Below, piece after piece: positions 10,359 through 23,321 of a DNA stretch of 64,000 nucleotides. The position numbers were made by a program, and so were the translations under genes. Below the pieces are notes generated by a model. That model saw only the letters and a program-made list of their open reading frames with translations, ran no database searches and was not told the DNA's origin. Source of the DNA: an uncultured Alphaproteobacteria bacterium (GTDB lineage Bacteria; Pseudomonadota; Alphaproteobacteria; HIMB59; GCA-002718135); assembly GCA_902621725.1 (NCBI GenBank), contig CACNND010000003.1:47782-111781 (forward strand), read 5' to 3'. The stretch's first letter is position 1. The number at the start of each line of letters is the position of its first letter.

Positions 10359-12440
10359 ATGAGACCAGAAAAATTAAATTATATATTATCCTCTATATCT
10401 TCTCTCAGAGGAGTTGGTCCAAAGTTAGAACTGATTATTAATAAATTAGGTATTTATAAGAATATTCATTTTGTTTGGAACATACCAAATAATATTCTGG
10501 AAAGAAAATTCTATGAAAATATTCATGATGCAGAAATTAATTCTTTAGTAACATTAAATTTAAAAATTATTAAACATGAGCCTTCGAGGTTTAAAAGACA
10601 GCCTTACAAAATTAAATGTATCTGCGGAGATACAAATATTGATTTAGTATATTTTAATGCAAGACATCCTATGTTGAGACAAATGCTTCCAACAAATGAA
10701 AATAGATTAATATCTGGCAAATTAGAATATTTTAGAAACACTTTTCAAATAACACACCCTAGTCATGTAAGTGCTTTAAACAATAATAAAATCATCAAAA
10801 GTAAAGAGGCAGTTTACAGTTTAACTAGTGGGCTCAATCAAAAAATAATGAATAAATTAACAGATCAAATATTAAATAATTTACCAAATTTTAATGAATG
10901 GATAGAAACTTCAATAATAAATAAATATAAATTTAAAAGATGGAATGAAGTAGTTAAAAATCTTCATAATCCAAGTGATGATAATATAAAAAATAAAAAT
11001 TTACTCAGAAGAAGACTAGCATTTGATGAATTATTATCTCATCAATTAGCTATAGGCATTATGCGAAATTTTAATCAAAAGAAAAAAGGTCTAAAAATTA
11101 CTAGTGAAAATAAAACATTAAATAAATTTTATAGTAATTTAGATTTTCAACTTACAAATTCACAAAATAATGTAATCAAAGAAATACTTCAGGACTTAGC
11201 AAGTTCCAATCAAATGATCAGATTGTTGCAAGGAGATGTTGGATCTGGAAAAACTATTGTAGCTTTAATATCAATGATAAAGGTATTTGAAAGCAATTTT
11301 CAATCTGCTTTAATGGTACCCACTACAATTCTGGCATTTCAGCATTATGAAAATATATTAAATTTATTAAAAGATTCAAAAATAAAGGTTCTTGTTCTTA
11401 CTGGAAAGGATAAAGGTAAGGAAAGAAATGAAAAATTAGATAAAATTAAAAATGGGGATGCAGATATTATAATTGGGACTCATGCTTTAATACAAGATAC
11501 TGTAAAATTTAACAATTTAGGTTTAGCAGTTATTGATGAACAGCATAGATTTGGTGTTTATCAAAGGATGGTATTTAACCATAAAAATCATAAACCAAAT
11601 ATTTTGGTAATGAGTGCGACTCCCATTCCAAGAACATTAACTTTAGCAGCATATGGAGATATGAAAGAAAGTAAATTAATTGAAAAACCTTTAGGTCGTA
11701 AACCAATTATAACTAGTTCTTTGTCATTAAAAAAAGAAATTCAACTTGTTGATAGAATAAAAGAAAAAATAAAAAATTCATCATCAAAATTTTACTGGGT
11801 ATGCCCTTTAATAGAAGAATCTGAAGAATTAGATCTAAAAGCTGCAGAAGAAAGATACAAAATTTTAAAAAAATATTTCAAAAATAAAGTTCTTTTAATG
11901 CATGGACGTTTAAGTGAAATAGAAAAAGAAGAAATAATGACAAAGTTTAAAAATGAGGATTATAAAATTTTGGTTTCAACAACTGTTATTGAAGTTGGTG
12001 TAGATATTCCTTCTGCAACAACAATTGTAATTGAACATGCAGAAAGATTTGGTTTAGCTCAACTTCATCAATTAAGAGGTCGTGTTGGTAGAAATGATAT
12101 TCAATCATATTGTATACTTTTACATAAAGACAATATTGGAGAAATTTCTAAAAAAAGAATTGATATAATGAAACAAACAAATGATGGTTTTAAAATTGCT
12201 GAAGAAGATTTAAAAATAAGAGGTCCAGGAGAAATTTTAGGGAAAAAACAATCTGGTAGCCCATCTTTTTATGTAGCTGATCTTAGTTTTGATTATGATC
12301 TATTAGAAGATGCTAAAATTATGGTAGAAGATATATTATCCAAAAATCCAAAATTGGAAAATATTGAAGGAGAAAATCTTCGAAATTTATTATATCTTCA
12401 AGAAAGGGATGCAGCAATTTTAACACTGACTGCCGGGTAA
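10359..12440 (+). CDS. recG: ATP-dependent DNA helicase RecG
   Basis: RLLQGDVGSGKT, IDEQHRFG, MSATPIPRTL, HAERFGLAQLHQLRGRVGR. Confidence 0.97.
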   Translation: MRPEKLNYILSSISSLRGVGPKLELIINKLGIYKNIHFVWNIPNNILERKFYENIHDAEINSLVTLNLKIIKHEPSRFKRQPYKIKCICGDTNIDLVYFNARHPMLRQMLPTNENRLISGKLEYFRNTFQITHPSHVSALNNNKIIKSKEAVYSLTSGLNQKIMNKLTDQILNNLPNFNEWIETSIINKYKFKRWNEVVKNLHNPSDDNIKNKNLLRRRLAFDELLSHQLAIGIMRNFNQKKKGLKITSENKTLNKFYSNLDFQLTNSQNNVIKEILQDLASSNQMIRLLQGDVGSGKTIVALISMIKVFESNFQSALMVPTTILAFQHYENILNLLKDSKIKVLVLTGKDKGKERNEKLDKIKNGDADIIIGTHALIQDTVKFNNLGLAVIDEQHRFGVYQRMVFNHKNHKPNILVMSATPIPRTLTLAAYGDMKESKLIEKPLGRKPIITSSLSLKKEIQLVDRIKEKIKNSSSKFYWVCPLIEESEELDLKAAEERYKILKKYFKNKVLLMHGRLSEIEKEEIMTKFKNEDYKILVSTTVIEVGVDIPSATTIVIEHAERFGLAQLHQLRGRVGRNDIQSYCILLHKDNIGEISKKRIDIMKQTNDGFKIAEEDLKIRGPGEILGKKQSGSPSFYVADLSFDYDLLEDAKIMVEDILSKNPKLENIEGENLRNLLYLQERDAAILTLTAG

Positions 12441-12445
12441 TAGCT

Positions 12446-12883
12446 ATGGATATAGAAAAGGGTATAAGATTTGAATGTCAGGGTTCAGGAAATTGTTGTG
12501 TTTCAAGAGGTAATTATGGTTTTGTTTATTTAAGTAAGAAAGATATTAAAAAATTGTCAATTGGATTTAAAACAACAGAACAAAACTTTGTAAAAAACTA
12601 TTGTCAAAAAACTAATGGTTTCATTCACTTAAAGGAACTAAAAAAAAATAATGGAAATTGCATATTTTTGAAAGATAACAAATGCACTGTTTATAAGTCG
12701 AGACCTACACAATGTAGAACCTGGCCTTTTTGGCCTGAAAATATGAATACAAAAACTTGGAATAATGATATTGCTAAAAATTGCCCTGGCATAGGTAAAG
12801 GTAAAATAAAAACAAAGAAAGAAATTTTAAAACAAGTAGAAATTGATTATGAAAACGAATTAAATATTAGGAATAAAGATTAA
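12446..12883 (+). CDS. YkgJ family cysteine-cluster (Zn/Fe-chelating) protein
   Basis: FECQGSGNCC, CIFL..NKCTVYKSRPTQCRTWPFW, CPGIG. Confidence 0.85.
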   Translation: MDIEKGIRFECQGSGNCCVSRGNYGFVYLSKKDIKKLSIGFKTTEQNFVKNYCQKTNGFIHLKELKKNNGNCIFLKDNKCTVYKSRPTQCRTWPFWPENMNTKTWNNDIAKNCPGIGKGKIKTKKEILKQVEIDYENELNIRNKD

Positions 12884-13062
12884 CCATCAGACTCAAATTC
12901 CATTTCTTTAAAATATCCAATATATTTATTAGTCTTTTTTTTTAGTAATATCTTTATTGTTGTTCCTTCAAGAACTACTTCAAGAATGTTATCATTTTTT
13001 CTTAAAATATCGCAATTTTTTTCAATGCCAGAAGTGATATTTTTAATTTTTGCTTTTTTCAT
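12880..13062 (-). CDS. Hypothetical protein (60 aa)
   Basis: The ORF fills the gap between YkgJ and tRNA-Lys, with a plausible beta-rich composition. Confidence 0.65.
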   Translation of the reverse strand: MKKAKIKNITSGIEKNCDILRKNDNILEVVLEGTTIKILLKKKTNKYIGYFKEMEFESDG

Positions 13063-13068
13063 TTTGGA

Positions 13069-13144
<76 letters not shown>

Positions 13145-13194
13145 ATCGAATTTGTATTCTATATAGTTCAAATATTGTAAGCGCAAGGGATTAA

Positions 13195-13686
13195 CTAAGA
13201 GTTTTTTTTATTAAGTTGTTCTAAAGTATCTTTAGAAACAAAATTTGAAACATCTCCACCTAGTTTATGAACTTCTTTGACAAAATTAGATGAAATGAAT
13301 GAGTTTTTTTCAGAAGTCATAAGAAATATTGTCTCAATATCAGGGTTAAGTTGATAATTCATCCCTGTCATTTGAAATTCATACTCGAAATCAGATACTG
13401 CTCTTAAACCACGTATTATACATGTGGCATTTTGATCTTTAGCAAATGTTGTAAGCAATCCAGATAATTCCATAACATTAATTTTCGAATTTAATTCATT
13501 TACAGAACTAATATTATTTTTGATTATATTAATTCTTTCTTGAACACTAAATAATGAATCTTTATTAATATTATTAGCGACCGCTATTACTAAATTATCT
13601 ACTATTCTTAATGATCTTTTAATAATGTCCATATGACCAGCAGTCATAGGATCAAATGTGCCTGGATATATTCCAATTTTATTCAT
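13195..13686 (-). CDS. coaD: Phosphopantetheine adenylyltransferase
   Basis: [27 protein letters not shown]; start moved to the ATG at 13686 (MNKIGIY), which overlaps the gyrA stop. Confidence 0.96.
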   Translation of the reverse strand: MNKIGIYPGTFDPMTAGHMDIIKRSLRIVDNLVIAVANNINKDSLFSVQERINIIKNNISSVNELNSKINVMELSGLLTTFAKDQNATCIIRGLRAVSDFEYEFQMTGMNYQLNPDIETIFLMTSEKNSFISSNFVKEVHKLGGDVSNFVSKDTLEQLNKKNS

Positions 13687-16357
13687 TGTCTTCATATTCT
13701 TGTATTCTAGAAACTGAAACAATTCTATCACTTTCTGGTATCTTAAAAATACTTACACCTTTTGTTGACCTTCCAGCTATTCTTATTTGATTTACATTTA
13801 CTCTAATTATTTGACCTTTATCACTTACAAGAATGATCTCGTCATTATTTTTAACGACAAAACAATCAACAACCTCACCATTTTTTTCAGATGTTAATAT
13901 TCCTGTAATTCCTTTCCCTCCTCTATTTGAAATTCTATACTCATAAGCAGATGATCGTTTACCAAAACCTTTTGATGTTATAGCCAGAAGAAATTCTTCG
14001 TTTTTGTTTAATTCCTCGAAACCATTTTTAAGAGAAGATGTTTCTTTTCTGCTTTCGGAAGCTGCTTTTAAGTATTCTTGTCGTATACTCATATCAATCA
14101 ATGAATGTTTTAAAATTGCTAGAGAAATAATTGCATTACCCTTGTCTAATTTTATACCTCTCACTCCAGATGAGTTTAAACCAGAAAATAGTCTAAGTTT
14201 TTCAACTGGAAAACGTAAACATTTACCATTTGATGAAGAAAGTAGAATATCATCATTTACAGTGCAAAGTTTAACACCAATTAATTCATCTTTTTCATCA
14301 AGTTTAATTGATAACTTACCTGAGTCACGTAATTCTCTTTTCCCACTTTTAGCAACATCAATTAATTTATTTTTTCTTACCATCCCATTTTTTGTTGCAA
14401 AAATAACAAAGAACTTATCCCATTGATTTTCATCCTGAGGTAATGGAAGGAAAGTAGAGATTTTTTCAGATGATTTGAACGGTAGTAAATTTACTATTGG
14501 CTTTCCCCTAGCCTTTAAGCTGGCTTCAGGAACATCGTGGGATTTGAGTGAATAGACTTTGCCTAATGATGAAAAGACTAAAAGTTTAGTATGAGTATCT
14601 GCAAAATGAATTTCTTTTACAAAATCTTCTTCTCTTGTTGACATACCAGTTTTACCTTTACCTCCTCTATTTTGAGAACGATAATTAGATAATAATGATC
14701 TTTTTATGTATCCATTATTAGAAATAGTTAAAACTATATCTTCTTGTTGAATATACCTTAAATCATCTACTTGCTCATATTCTTGATCAATAATTTCACT
14801 GCGTCTTTCAGTTGCAAATTCTTTTTTTATTTCAGTTAATTCATTTTCTATTTCTTTTAATAGAATATCCCTTGAATTAAGTATAGATAAGTAATTTTTA
14901 ATCTCTAAAATTAAACTTTCTAAATCTTTTTGTATATCTTCTCTTTCTAAAGCGGTCAATTTTTGTAGTCTTAATTCTAAAATAGCTTTAGCCTGTGCAT
15001 CAGAAAAATTGAAAATGTTGTTTTTTAACTCTACAGTATTATCCTCAACTAATTTAATAAAATTAAGATTTTGTTTAGATACTTTCCAATTTTTTTTAAT
15101 TAATTTTTCCTTTGCTTCTTTTGTGTCTTTTGAACTTTTTATTAATTCTATAATTTCATCAATATGCTCATTTGTAACAACCAATCCTACTAAAATATGA
15201 GCTTTATCTCTAGCTCTGTTCAAGTCGTATATAGTTCTTTTAGTAATTACTTCTTCTCTAAATTCTAAAAATGAAGATAAAATTTCTTTCAAATTCATTT
15301 GCTCAGGCTTACCCTTGTTTAAAGCAAGCATATTAGAATTAAATGTTGTTTGGATAAGTGTATGTTTATATAATTGGTTTAGTATAATATTAGAATCTAC
15401 ATCTTTTTTTAACTCAATTACTACTCGAACTCCATTTCTATCTGACTCATCTCTTAAATCTGATATACCTTCTACAATTCCATTTTTTACAATTTCTGCA
15501 ATTCTTTCTAGTAATTTTGATTTATTAACTTGGTAAGGTATTTCATGAAGAATTATTGCCTCTCTATCTTTCTTAAAATTTTCAATACTAGTCTTTGATC
15601 TTACTACAGAGCCACCTTTACCAGTTTCAAAAGTCTCAGAAATACCTTTTTTACCAATTATCTGACCACCTGTTGGAAAATCTGGACCAAAAATATATTT
15701 TTGAAGATCTGATACAGTGCAATTAGGATTTTTAATAAGATACAATGATGCATCAATAACTTCTCCTAAATTATGTGGAGCAATATTAGTTGCCATCCCA
15801 ACAGCGATACCTGATGCTCCATTTACTAGAAGGTTAGGAAATTGTGATGGTAAAACTGAGGGTTCTTTAGTTGTGTCATCATAATTAGACTGAAAAGTAA
15901 CAGTATTTTTATCAATATCTTCAACAAGCTTTTCAGATACCTTAGCGAGTCGTGCCTCGGTGTATCTCATTGCTGCAGGAGGATCTCCATCTAAAGATCC
16001 AAAATTACCTTGACCGTCAACTAACTCTAATCTCATAGAAAAATCTTGTGCCATTCTAACCATAGAATTGTAAATAGCTGAATCTCCGTGAGGATGATAT
16101 TTACCCATTACATCCCCAACTATTCTTGCAGATTTTTTATATGGTTTGTTAAAATTGTACCCTGACTCACTCATAGAGTACAATATTCTTCTATGAACTG
16201 GCTTTAATCCATCTCTACAGTCTGGAAGTGCCCTACTAACTATTACAGACATTGCATAATCCAGGTAAGATTTTTGCATTTCTTGTTCTAGACTTACTGA
16301 AGGTATATTAGCAGGTTCTAGATTGTCGTTATTTGATGTATCTATATCGTCGGGCAC
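13679..16357 (-). CDS. gyrA: DNA gyrase subunit A
   Basis: [17 protein letters not shown], GyrA box QNRGGKG; GTG start. Confidence 0.97.
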   Translation of the reverse strand: MPDDIDTSNNDNLEPANIPSVSLEQEMQKSYLDYAMSVIVSRALPDCRDGLKPVHRRILYSMSESGYNFNKPYKKSARIVGDVMGKYHPHGDSAIYNSMVRMAQDFSMRLELVDGQGNFGSLDGDPPAAMRYTEARLAKVSEKLVEDIDKNTVTFQSNYDDTTKEPSVLPSQFPNLLVNGASGIAVGMATNIAPHNLGEVIDASLYLIKNPNCTVSDLQKYIFGPDFPTGGQIIGKKGISETFETGKGGSVVRSKTSIENFKKDREAIILHEIPYQVNKSKLLERIAEIVKNGIVEGISDLRDESDRNGVRVVIELKKDVDSNIILNQLYKHTLIQTTFNSNMLALNKGKPEQMNLKEILSSFLEFREEVITKRTIYDLNRARDKAHILVGLVVTNEHIDEIIELIKSSKDTKEAKEKLIKKNWKVSKQNLNFIKLVEDNTVELKNNIFNFSDAQAKAILELRLQKLTALEREDIQKDLESLILEIKNYLSILNSRDILLKEIENELTEIKKEFATERRSEIIDQEYEQVDDLRYIQQEDIVLTISNNGYIKRSLLSNYRSQNRGGKGKTGMSTREEDFVKEIHFADTHTKLLVFSSLGKVYSLKSHDVPEASLKARGKPIVNLLPFKSSEKISTFLPLPQDENQWDKFFVIFATKNGMVRKNKLIDVAKSGKRELRDSGKLSIKLDEKDELIGVKLCTVNDDILLSSSNGKCLRFPVEKLRLFSGLNSSGVRGIKLDKGNAIISLAILKHSLIDMSIRQEYLKAASESRKETSSLKNGFEELNKNEEFLLAITSKGFGKRSSAYEYRISNRGGKGITGILTSEKNGEVVDCFVVKNNDEIILVSDKGQIIRVNVNQIRIAGRSTKGVSIFKIPESDRIVSVSRIQEYEDNE

Positions 16358-16499
16358 TAAAAAAATCCTAGTTTTCTAAGAAAAATTAAGCATTTTTTAT
16401 ATCAAAAAGCTTAATTTAAACCAATATAAATAAATAATTAAATTATATAAAAAAAACTTTATTTTTCAATAAGTAAATAATAATATCTAATATGAAAAT

Positions 16500-16973
16500 T
16501 TAAAAAGGGATATCTTCATCTAAATCATCAGAATCACCTGATTGATTTCCAAATGAATTGTCTTCAATTGGCTTAGATTGATCCATTTCTTGAGAATTAT
16601 CTGATATTTGAGAATTACTATTTCTACTGTCTAAGAGGGTTAAATTGCAATTATATCCCTGTAAAATGACCTCTGTAGTGTATCTATCATTTCCATCTTT
16701 ATCTTGCCATTTCCTTGTTTGAAGTTCTCCTTCAACATAAATTTTTGAACCCTTTTTTACATATTTTTCTACTATATCGACTAAGCCGTCTCCAAATACT
16801 ACTATGTTATGCCAAGAAGTTTTTTCTTTTTGCTCTTGTGTGTTTCTATCTTTCCACCTTTTTGAAGTTGCAATTGAAAATGAAGCCATTTTAGCTCCAG
16901 ACTGCATCGACCTAATCTCAGGATCCCTTCCCAAGTTTCCCAATAAAATTGTTTTATTAACACTACCAACCAT
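16500..16973 (-). CDS. ssb: Single-stranded DNA-binding protein
   Basis: MVGSVNKTILLGNLGRDPE, C-terminal DEDIPF; start trimmed to the ATG at 16973. Confidence 0.97.
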   Translation of the reverse strand: MVGSVNKTILLGNLGRDPEIRSMQSGAKMASFSIATSKRWKDRNTQEQKEKTSWHNIVVFGDGLVDIVEKYVKKGSKIYVEGELQTRKWQDKDGNDRYTTEVILQGYNCNLTLLDSRNSNSQISDNSQEMDQSKPIEDNSFGNQSGDSDDLDEDIPF

Positions 16974-17030
16974 AAGAATTCTATATATATCCATATAACA
17001 TATAAACGTTATTAAATAACACTAATATTC

Positions 17031-19835
17031 ATGAATTTAGATAAAATTGTTATAAAAGGTGCAAGAGAGCACAATCTTAAAAATATAAATTTAGAAATAC
17101 CAAAGAATAAACTGGTAGTAATAACTGGTGTAAGTGGCTCAGGAAAATCTACTTTAGCATTTGACACGATTTATTCTGAGGGACAAAGAAAATATGTTGA
17201 AAGCCTTTCTGCATATGCAAGACAATTTCTTCAAATGATGAATAAACCAGATGTAGATAGCATTGATGGTTTATCACCAGCGATTTCAATAGAACAAAAA
17301 ACTACACAAAAAAATCCAAGAAGTACCGTAGGAACAGTAACTGAAATCTACGATTACCTAAGAGTGTTGTATGCTAGAGTTGGTGTTCCCTACTCTCCAA
17401 CTACAGGTAAGCCAATTAAATCACAATCAGTAAGTGAAATGACTGATCTTATAATTAAAAATAATATTGATAAAAGAATTTATATTTTATCTCCGATAGT
17501 CAGAGATCGAAAAGGTGAATATAGAAAAGAAATAGAGGATTTAAAAAAAAGAGGTTATCAACGTCTTAAAGTAGATAATATTGTCTATGATATTGATGAA
17601 GTGCCTTCACTTAAAAAAAATTTTAAACATAATATTGATGTTGTGATTGACAGACTTGTTGTAAAAAAAAATATCCAACAAAGATTGAGTGAGAGTATAG
17701 AAGTTGCATTAACACTATCAGATGGTTTATTATATTTAGAAAATCTAGATACTAATAAAATATCCATATTCTCATCAAAATTTGCATGTCCTGTATCTGG
17801 ATTTAGTATTGAAGAAATTGAACCTAGATTATTTAGTTTTAATGCACCACAAGGTGCTTGTTCTGAATGTGATGGACTAGGAGTTGAAAAATATTTCGAT
17901 GAATACAAGATTGTACCTGATGAAACTAGATCAATTTCTGATGGAGCTATTAAACCCTGGGAAACCAAAGTATTTGGTTATCAAAAAAAATATTTTGTTG
18001 AAACAATAGATAAAATTTTAAAACAATTTAAAGTAAAGAAAAATGTTCCATGGAGCAAAATTCCAAAAAAAGTAAAGAATATTATTCTTTATGGAGATGA
18101 GAATAGCGAATTAAATTTTTTATACGATTTTGAGGGAATAATAAATTTTATTGATCGTAAATATGAGGAAACTGAAAGATGGTGGCTTCAATATGAGTTA
18201 GAAAAATATTTATCTGAAAGAGATTGTGAAGTTTGCAATGGTTACCGTCTTAATGAGAAAGCTTTAGCCATAAGAATAGATGAAAATCATATTGGTAATA
18301 TTACTAAAAAATCAATAAGCGAGTGTTTAAATTGGTTTTCGTCACTTGAGAATAAGCTTGATAAAAATAATAAAAAAATTGCTGAAGGAGTAATTAAAGA
18401 AATAAAAGATAGATTAGTTTTTCTAAATAGAGTTGGTTTAGATTATCTATCATTGGCAAGAGCTAGTAAAACATTATCTGGAGGAGAAAGTCAGAGAATT
18501 AGATTAGCAAGTCAAATTGGTTCAGGTTTAACAGGAGTTTTGTATGTTTTGGATGAACCATCTATTGGATTACATCAAAAAGATAATCAACAACTAATTG
18601 AAACTTTATTTAGATTGAGAGATTTAGGAAATACAGTGATTGTTGTTGAACATGACGAGGATGCAATTAAACAATCTGATCATATAATTGATATAGGTGT
18701 TAAAGCTGGAGTTAATGGAGGTCACATAATTGCAGAGGGAGATCTTAAAAAAATATTAAAAAATAATAAAAGTTTGACAGCAAAATATTTAAATAAGTCA
18801 CTAGAAATTGAAGTCCCTAAAAATAGAAGAAAATTTAATAAAAATAAAGTTTTCAAACTAAATAAAATAAAGACCAATAATTTAGATAACCTTAATATCA
18901 CTTTACCCTTAGGAAATTTTATCACTGTCACAGGTGTATCTGGAAGTGGTAAATCTTCATTGATTATTGATACATTGTATCAAAGACTAGATGAATATTT
19001 TAATAAATCTTTAAATAAAGATGAAAGTCGATTTAACTTTAAAGGTATTAATCATATCGACAAAGTGATTGATATAGATCAATCTCCTATTGGAAGAACA
19101 CCTAGATCAAATCCAGCAACATACACAGGATGCTTTACTCCTATAAGAGATTGGTTCGCAAACTTAAATGAGTCAAGTGCTAGAGGTTACAAACCAGGTC
19201 GTTTTTCATTTAATGTTAAAGGTGGTAGATGTGAATCATGTGAAGGTGATGGAGTAAAAAAAATAGAAATGCATTTTTTAGCAGATGTTTATGTCGAGTG
19301 TGATATCTGCAAAGGCAAAAGGTACAATAGAGAAACTTTAGAGGTAAAATATAAGGATAAATCAATTTCTGATGTTTTGGAAATGACTGTTGAAGAAGGT
19401 TATAAATTCTTTGATAAAATTCCTTCAATAAAGCAAAAATTACAAACTTTGATGGATGTTGGATTAGATTATATAAAAATAGGTCAATCAGCTACTACTT
19501 TATCAGGTGGTGAGGCACAGAGAATAAAATTATCAAAAGAATTATCAAAAAGATCTACAGGAAAAACATTATATATTCTTGATGAACCAACAACCGGTCT
19601 TCATTTTGATGATGTTAAAAAATTACTTAAAATACTTCATACACTTGTTGATGAAGGAAACACAGTAATTGTTATTGAGCATAATCTTGATGTAATTAAA
19701 ACAGCTGACCACATAATTGATCTTGGACCACTAGGAGGTGTGAATGGTGGTCAAATTGTTGGAACAGGAACACCTGAAGATATTGCAAATAATAAAAAAA
19801 GCTATACAGGTGAATTTTTAAAGAAAATTTTATAA
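17031..19835 (+). CDS. uvrA: Excinuclease ABC subunit A
   Basis: GAREHNLKN, two GVSGSGKS Walker A motifs, LSGGE signatures, zinc fingers. Confidence 0.97.
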   Translation: MNLDKIVIKGAREHNLKNINLEIPKNKLVVITGVSGSGKSTLAFDTIYSEGQRKYVESLSAYARQFLQMMNKPDVDSIDGLSPAISIEQKTTQKNPRSTVGTVTEIYDYLRVLYARVGVPYSPTTGKPIKSQSVSEMTDLIIKNNIDKRIYILSPIVRDRKGEYRKEIEDLKKRGYQRLKVDNIVYDIDEVPSLKKNFKHNIDVVIDRLVVKKNIQQRLSESIEVALTLSDGLLYLENLDTNKISIFSSKFACPVSGFSIEEIEPRLFSFNAPQGACSECDGLGVEKYFDEYKIVPDETRSISDGAIKPWETKVFGYQKKYFVETIDKILKQFKVKKNVPWSKIPKKVKNIILYGDENSELNFLYDFEGIINFIDRKYEETERWWLQYELEKYLSERDCEVCNGYRLNEKALAIRIDENHIGNITKKSISECLNWFSSLENKLDKNNKKIAEGVIKEIKDRLVFLNRVGLDYLSLARASKTLSGGESQRIRLASQIGSGLTGVLYVLDEPSIGLHQKDNQQLIETLFRLRDLGNTVIVVEHDEDAIKQSDHIIDIGVKAGVNGGHIIAEGDLKKILKNNKSLTAKYLNKSLEIEVPKNRRKFNKNKVFKLNKIKTNNLDNLNITLPLGNFITVTGVSGSGKSSLIIDTLYQRLDEYFNKSLNKDESRFNFKGINHIDKVIDIDQSPIGRTPRSNPATYTGCFTPIRDWFANLNESSARGYKPGRFSFNVKGGRCESCEGDGVKKIEMHFLADVYVECDICKGKRYNRETLEVKYKDKSISDVLEMTVEEGYKFFDKIPSIKQKLQTLMDVGLDYIKIGQSATTLSGGEAQRIKLSKELSKRSTGKTLYILDEPTTGLHFDDVKKLLKILHTLVDEGNTVIVIEHNLDVIKTADHIIDLGPLGGVNGGQIVGTGTPEDIANNKKSYTGEFLKKIL

Positions 19836-19850
19836 ATAAAAGGAAATAAA

Positions 19851-20447
19851 ATGATAAATCTAGAGTTACCAGATCTACCCTATAGTAAAGATGCTCTAAT
19901 GCCGTATATGTCGGCTGAAACTTTAGAGTTGCATCATGATAAGCATCATATGGCTTACATTACTAATGGAAATAAGTTTATTAAAGAACAAAATATAGCA
20001 GATGATAATGTTAATGATATTGTAATCAACTCTTATCAAAAAAATGCTCCAGTATTTAACAATGTAGCACAACATATAAATCATGTTCATTTTTGGGAAA
20101 TAATGAAAAATAATCCAGATGGCAAAATTCCCTCAGAGCTCGAAAATAAGATAAACGCAGATATTGGCTCAGTTGAAAAAATGAAAGAAGATTTTATAAA
20201 CGCAGGTATTGGGCAATTTGGATCAGGTTGGTGCTGGTTAGTTTTAAATAATGGAAAATTAGAAATTACCAAAACACCTAATGGAGAAAACCCAATTGTT
20301 CATGGTCATATCCCTCTACTTGGATGTGATGTTTGGGAACACTCGTACTATGTTGATTATAGAAATAGAAGACCCGATTATTTAAAAGCATTTATAGATA
20401 ATTTAGTTAATTGGGAAAAAGTTACAGAAAATTTAAATAAAGCTTAA
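19851..20447 (+). CDS. sodB: Superoxide dismutase, Fe/Mn family (Fe-type signature)
   Basis: HHDKHH, FNNVAQHINH, FGSGW, DVWEHSYY. Confidence 0.9.
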   Translation: MINLELPDLPYSKDALMPYMSAETLELHHDKHHMAYITNGNKFIKEQNIADDNVNDIVINSYQKNAPVFNNVAQHINHVHFWEIMKNNPDGKIPSELENKINADIGSVEKMKEDFINAGIGQFGSGWCWLVLNNGKLEITKTPNGENPIVHGHIPLLGCDVWEHSYYVDYRNRRPDYLKAFIDNLVNWEKVTENLNKA

Positions 20448-21343
20448 TCATCTTCATCTTGCGGTCTGAACTTAAAGATTAACAAAGTTGGGACCGCAAT
20501 AAAAACAGAAGAGTAAGTTCCAATTATTACACCAATAATCATTGTTAAAGCAAAAGGTCTTATAACCTCTCCTCCAAATATAAATAAAGATACTAATGCT
20601 AGAAGTGTTGTTAAACTTGTCATTATCGTTCTAGATAAAGTGTTATTAACTGATAAGTTAAATAGATCTACTAACTCTAACTTTTTATATTTTCTCAAAT
20701 TTTCACGAACTCTATCAAAAATTACAACGGTATCATTAATGGAATAACCAGCAATCGTAAGAATTGCAGCTATTGTTGCAAGAGAAAATTCGATATTTAA
20801 AATAGAAAGTAATCCAAGAGTAAATAATACATCATGAGTTAAGGCAACTACAGCACCAAAACCAAATTGCCACTCAAAACGTAACCAAATATAAATTAAG
20901 ATAGCAATTAATGCAAATGAAACAGCTTGGAAACCTCTAAACAAAAGTTCTGAACTAATTGTCGGACCAACAAATTCAGATCTTCTAAATTCAACAACTT
21001 TATCTTGTATTAAACTTTTAACAGAATTTACTGTTTCAATACTTTCTTGGTTACTTTTATTTTGGAGTCTAATTAAAATTATATTTTCACTACCAAATTC
21101 TTGTAAAGATACATCGCTATAAGAAGATGATAAAATTTCTCTTAATTCTCCAATAGAAGTATTTTTTGTACTTACCTCAATTAATGTACCACCCTTAAAA
21201 TCGATACCTAAATTTAAACCTTTTATGCTTAATAAGCCAATCGAAATTAATATTGCTATAACAGAGACAATTAAAAAATTTCTTCTTAAACCTAAAAAAT
21301 TAAAATTAGGCTCAACAGGAATAATCTTGTTTAAACCAAACAT
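20444..21343 (-). CDS. secF: Protein translocase subunit SecF
   Basis: LNLGIDFKGG, VGPTIS, GYSINDTVVIFDRVRE. Confidence 0.96.
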   Translation of the reverse strand: MFGLNKIIPVEPNFNFLGLRRNFLIVSVIAILISIGLLSIKGLNLGIDFKGGTLIEVSTKNTSIGELREILSSSYSDVSLQEFGSENIILIRLQNKSNQESIETVNSVKSLIQDKVVEFRRSEFVGPTISSELLFRGFQAVSFALIAILIYIWLRFEWQFGFGAVVALTHDVLFTLGLLSILNIEFSLATIAAILTIAGYSINDTVVIFDRVRENLRKYKKLELVDLFNLSVNNTLSRTIMTSLTTLLALVSLFIFGGEVIRPFALTMIIGVIIGTYSSVFIAVPTLLIFKFRPQDEDD

Positions 21344-22893
21344 TATAAATTTAATTCCTTTTTATTTGCAAATGATAAATATAAATATACTAAAAAATTT
21401 GTTAGCATTAAAGCAGTAAACATAGATGCTATTACACCTAGAGATAATGTGATAGAAAAACCTCTTATCGGACCTGAGCCAAAAGCAAATAATAAAACTG
21501 CTGCAATCAGTGTAGTAATATTAGCATCAAGTATAGTTGACATAGCTCGGTCAAAACCATTTTTTACAATCTGATAAATTTTTTTTTGTTTTGAGCTCTC
21601 TTCCTTTATTCTTTCAAATATTAGAACATTTGCATCTACTGCCATACCAATTGTTAACACAATTCCAGCTATACCTGGCAATGTTAACGTTGCACCAATT
21701 GTTCCTAACAAAGAAATAATTATAAATAAATTTACTATTAATGAAATATTAGCAAGAGCACCAAAAATTCCATATATTAATATCATAAATACGCATACTA
21801 AAACCATACCAATAATAGCAGCAATTTGACCTGCTGCTATAGAATCAGCACCCAAACCTGCACCAACTGATCTTTCTTCCACTATTTCTAGAGGAGCTGG
21901 TAATGCTCCAGCTCTTAATAGTACTGCTAGATCTGCTGCTTCCTGAGCATTAAAATTTCCTGTTATAATTCCAGATCCACCAGTAATTGCACTATTAATT
22001 CTTGGTGCAGTAATAACAACTCCATCCAAAAGAACGGCCATTCTTTTTCCAATATTATTTGTTGTTACTTTTCCAAATTTTTGAGCACCCTCTGTGTCAA
22101 AACGAAAAGATACAGCATGTCCTTCTGTTTGATCAAATGATCCTTTAGCATCTACTAAATTTTCTCCACCAACGACCGATCTTTTTTCTAATAAATATTT
22201 TATATTTTCATCATAGATATCTGAAACAATAATTTTACCAAAAGGTGTTAAATTATTTTGCAAAGCAGATGTATTTTCATCATCAACAATATGAAAAGTA
22301 AGTTTAGCAGTTTTACCTAATAAATCTTTTATTCTTTCAGGATCTTTTACACCTGGTAATTGTAAAAGAATTCTTTTCTTGCCAGATCTTTGAATTAAAG
22401 GTTCTTTAGTTCCAGATTCATCAATTCTTTTTCTAACTATTTCAAGTGATTGTTTTATTGCTGAATCTTGTATAATTTTTTTATATTCATCATTTAACTT
22501 TATATTAAGTTTATTATTATTAATTTTTAAAGTTACTCCTCTATACATTTGAAAAAAACTATCCCTAATTTCTTTGATTTTATTATTATCGGTAAAAGTA
22601 ACTATGACCTCGTTTTCTTCAATGACTATTTTTTCAATTTTTGTGGCATTATCTCTTGATATTAAACGGACACTATCAGCAAAATTTTCTAATTCCTCTT
22701 TATATAAAACATCAAGTTGAACTTCTAATAATAGATATGATCCACCCTGCAAATCTAAACCTAGATTAATTTTATTTTTTAAAAACCAATTTTCAGAATT
22801 TTCATCATATATAATTGAAGGTATTGCAAAAATTATTCCTAACAAAACTAATGATAGAACAGTGAGTGATTTCCAGATAGGATAATTTTTCAT
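21343..22893 (-). CDS. secD: Protein translocase subunit SecD
   Basis: LGLDLQGG, LRAGALPAP, GMAVDANVLIFERIKE. Confidence 0.96.
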   Translation of the reverse strand: MKNYPIWKSLTVLSLVLLGIIFAIPSIIYDENSENWFLKNKINLGLDLQGGSYLLLEVQLDVLYKEELENFADSVRLISRDNATKIEKIVIEENEVIVTFTDNNKIKEIRDSFFQMYRGVTLKINNNKLNIKLNDEYKKIIQDSAIKQSLEIVRKRIDESGTKEPLIQRSGKKRILLQLPGVKDPERIKDLLGKTAKLTFHIVDDENTSALQNNLTPFGKIIVSDIYDENIKYLLEKRSVVGGENLVDAKGSFDQTEGHAVSFRFDTEGAQKFGKVTTNNIGKRMAVLLDGVVITAPRINSAITGGSGIITGNFNAQEAADLAVLLRAGALPAPLEIVEERSVGAGLGADSIAAGQIAAIIGMVLVCVFMILIYGIFGALANISLIVNLFIIISLLGTIGATLTLPGIAGIVLTIGMAVDANVLIFERIKEESSKQKKIYQIVKNGFDRAMSTILDANITTLIAAVLLFAFGSGPIRGFSITLSLGVIASMFTALMLTNFLVYLYLSFANKKELNL

Positions 22894-22904
22894 TAATAAA
22901 AAAA

Positions 22905-23246
22905 TTATTTTTTTCTAGAAAATAAAGAGAATCCAGATTTACCTTTATTATCTTCCCTTGGTGGTTCTTTTTTTTGAATTTCGGGCATTGCGTATAAATC
23001 AGCAACCATTCCTGTCGCTATCTTAATTTCAACATTTTCTGCCACTTCTAAAGTTATTTCTCTATTATCTGCAACCTTATTTATGGTTCCAATAATTCCA
23101 CCTGATGTTACTATTTTATCCCCTCTTTTTAAATTAGCAAGCATCTCTTTATGCTGTTTAACTTTTCTTTGTTGGGGTCTAATTAGTAAAAAATAAAAAA
23201 CTACGAATATTAAGATAAGTGGTAAAAAAGTTCCAAAAGCTTCCAT
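22905..23246 (-). CDS. yajC: Preprotein translocase subunit YajC
   Basis: FYFLLIRPQQ, GDKIVTSGGIIG. Confidence 0.95.
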   Translation of the reverse strand: MEAFGTFLPLILIFVVFYFLLIRPQQRKVKQHKEMLANLKRGDKIVTSGGIIGTINKVADNREITLEVAENVEIKIATGMVADLYAMPEIQKKEPPREDNKGKSGFSLFSRKK

Positions 23247-23321
23247 AATAGTACCTATGATGAATTAATTTGAGTGATTTATTATACTGTGTAATAAGAA
23301 AAATCAAATAAAGTATTCATT

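Noticed and set aside
16358-16499. Very AT-rich gap upstream of gyrA as a possible origin or ncRNA
   Set aside because: No DnaA-box cluster or stable structure is seen; consistent with an ordinary promoter region.
16974-17030. Possible LexA (SOS) box between divergent ssb and uvrA
   Set aside because: No alphaproteobacterial GTTC-N7-GTTC or GAAC-N7-GAAC repeat is visible.
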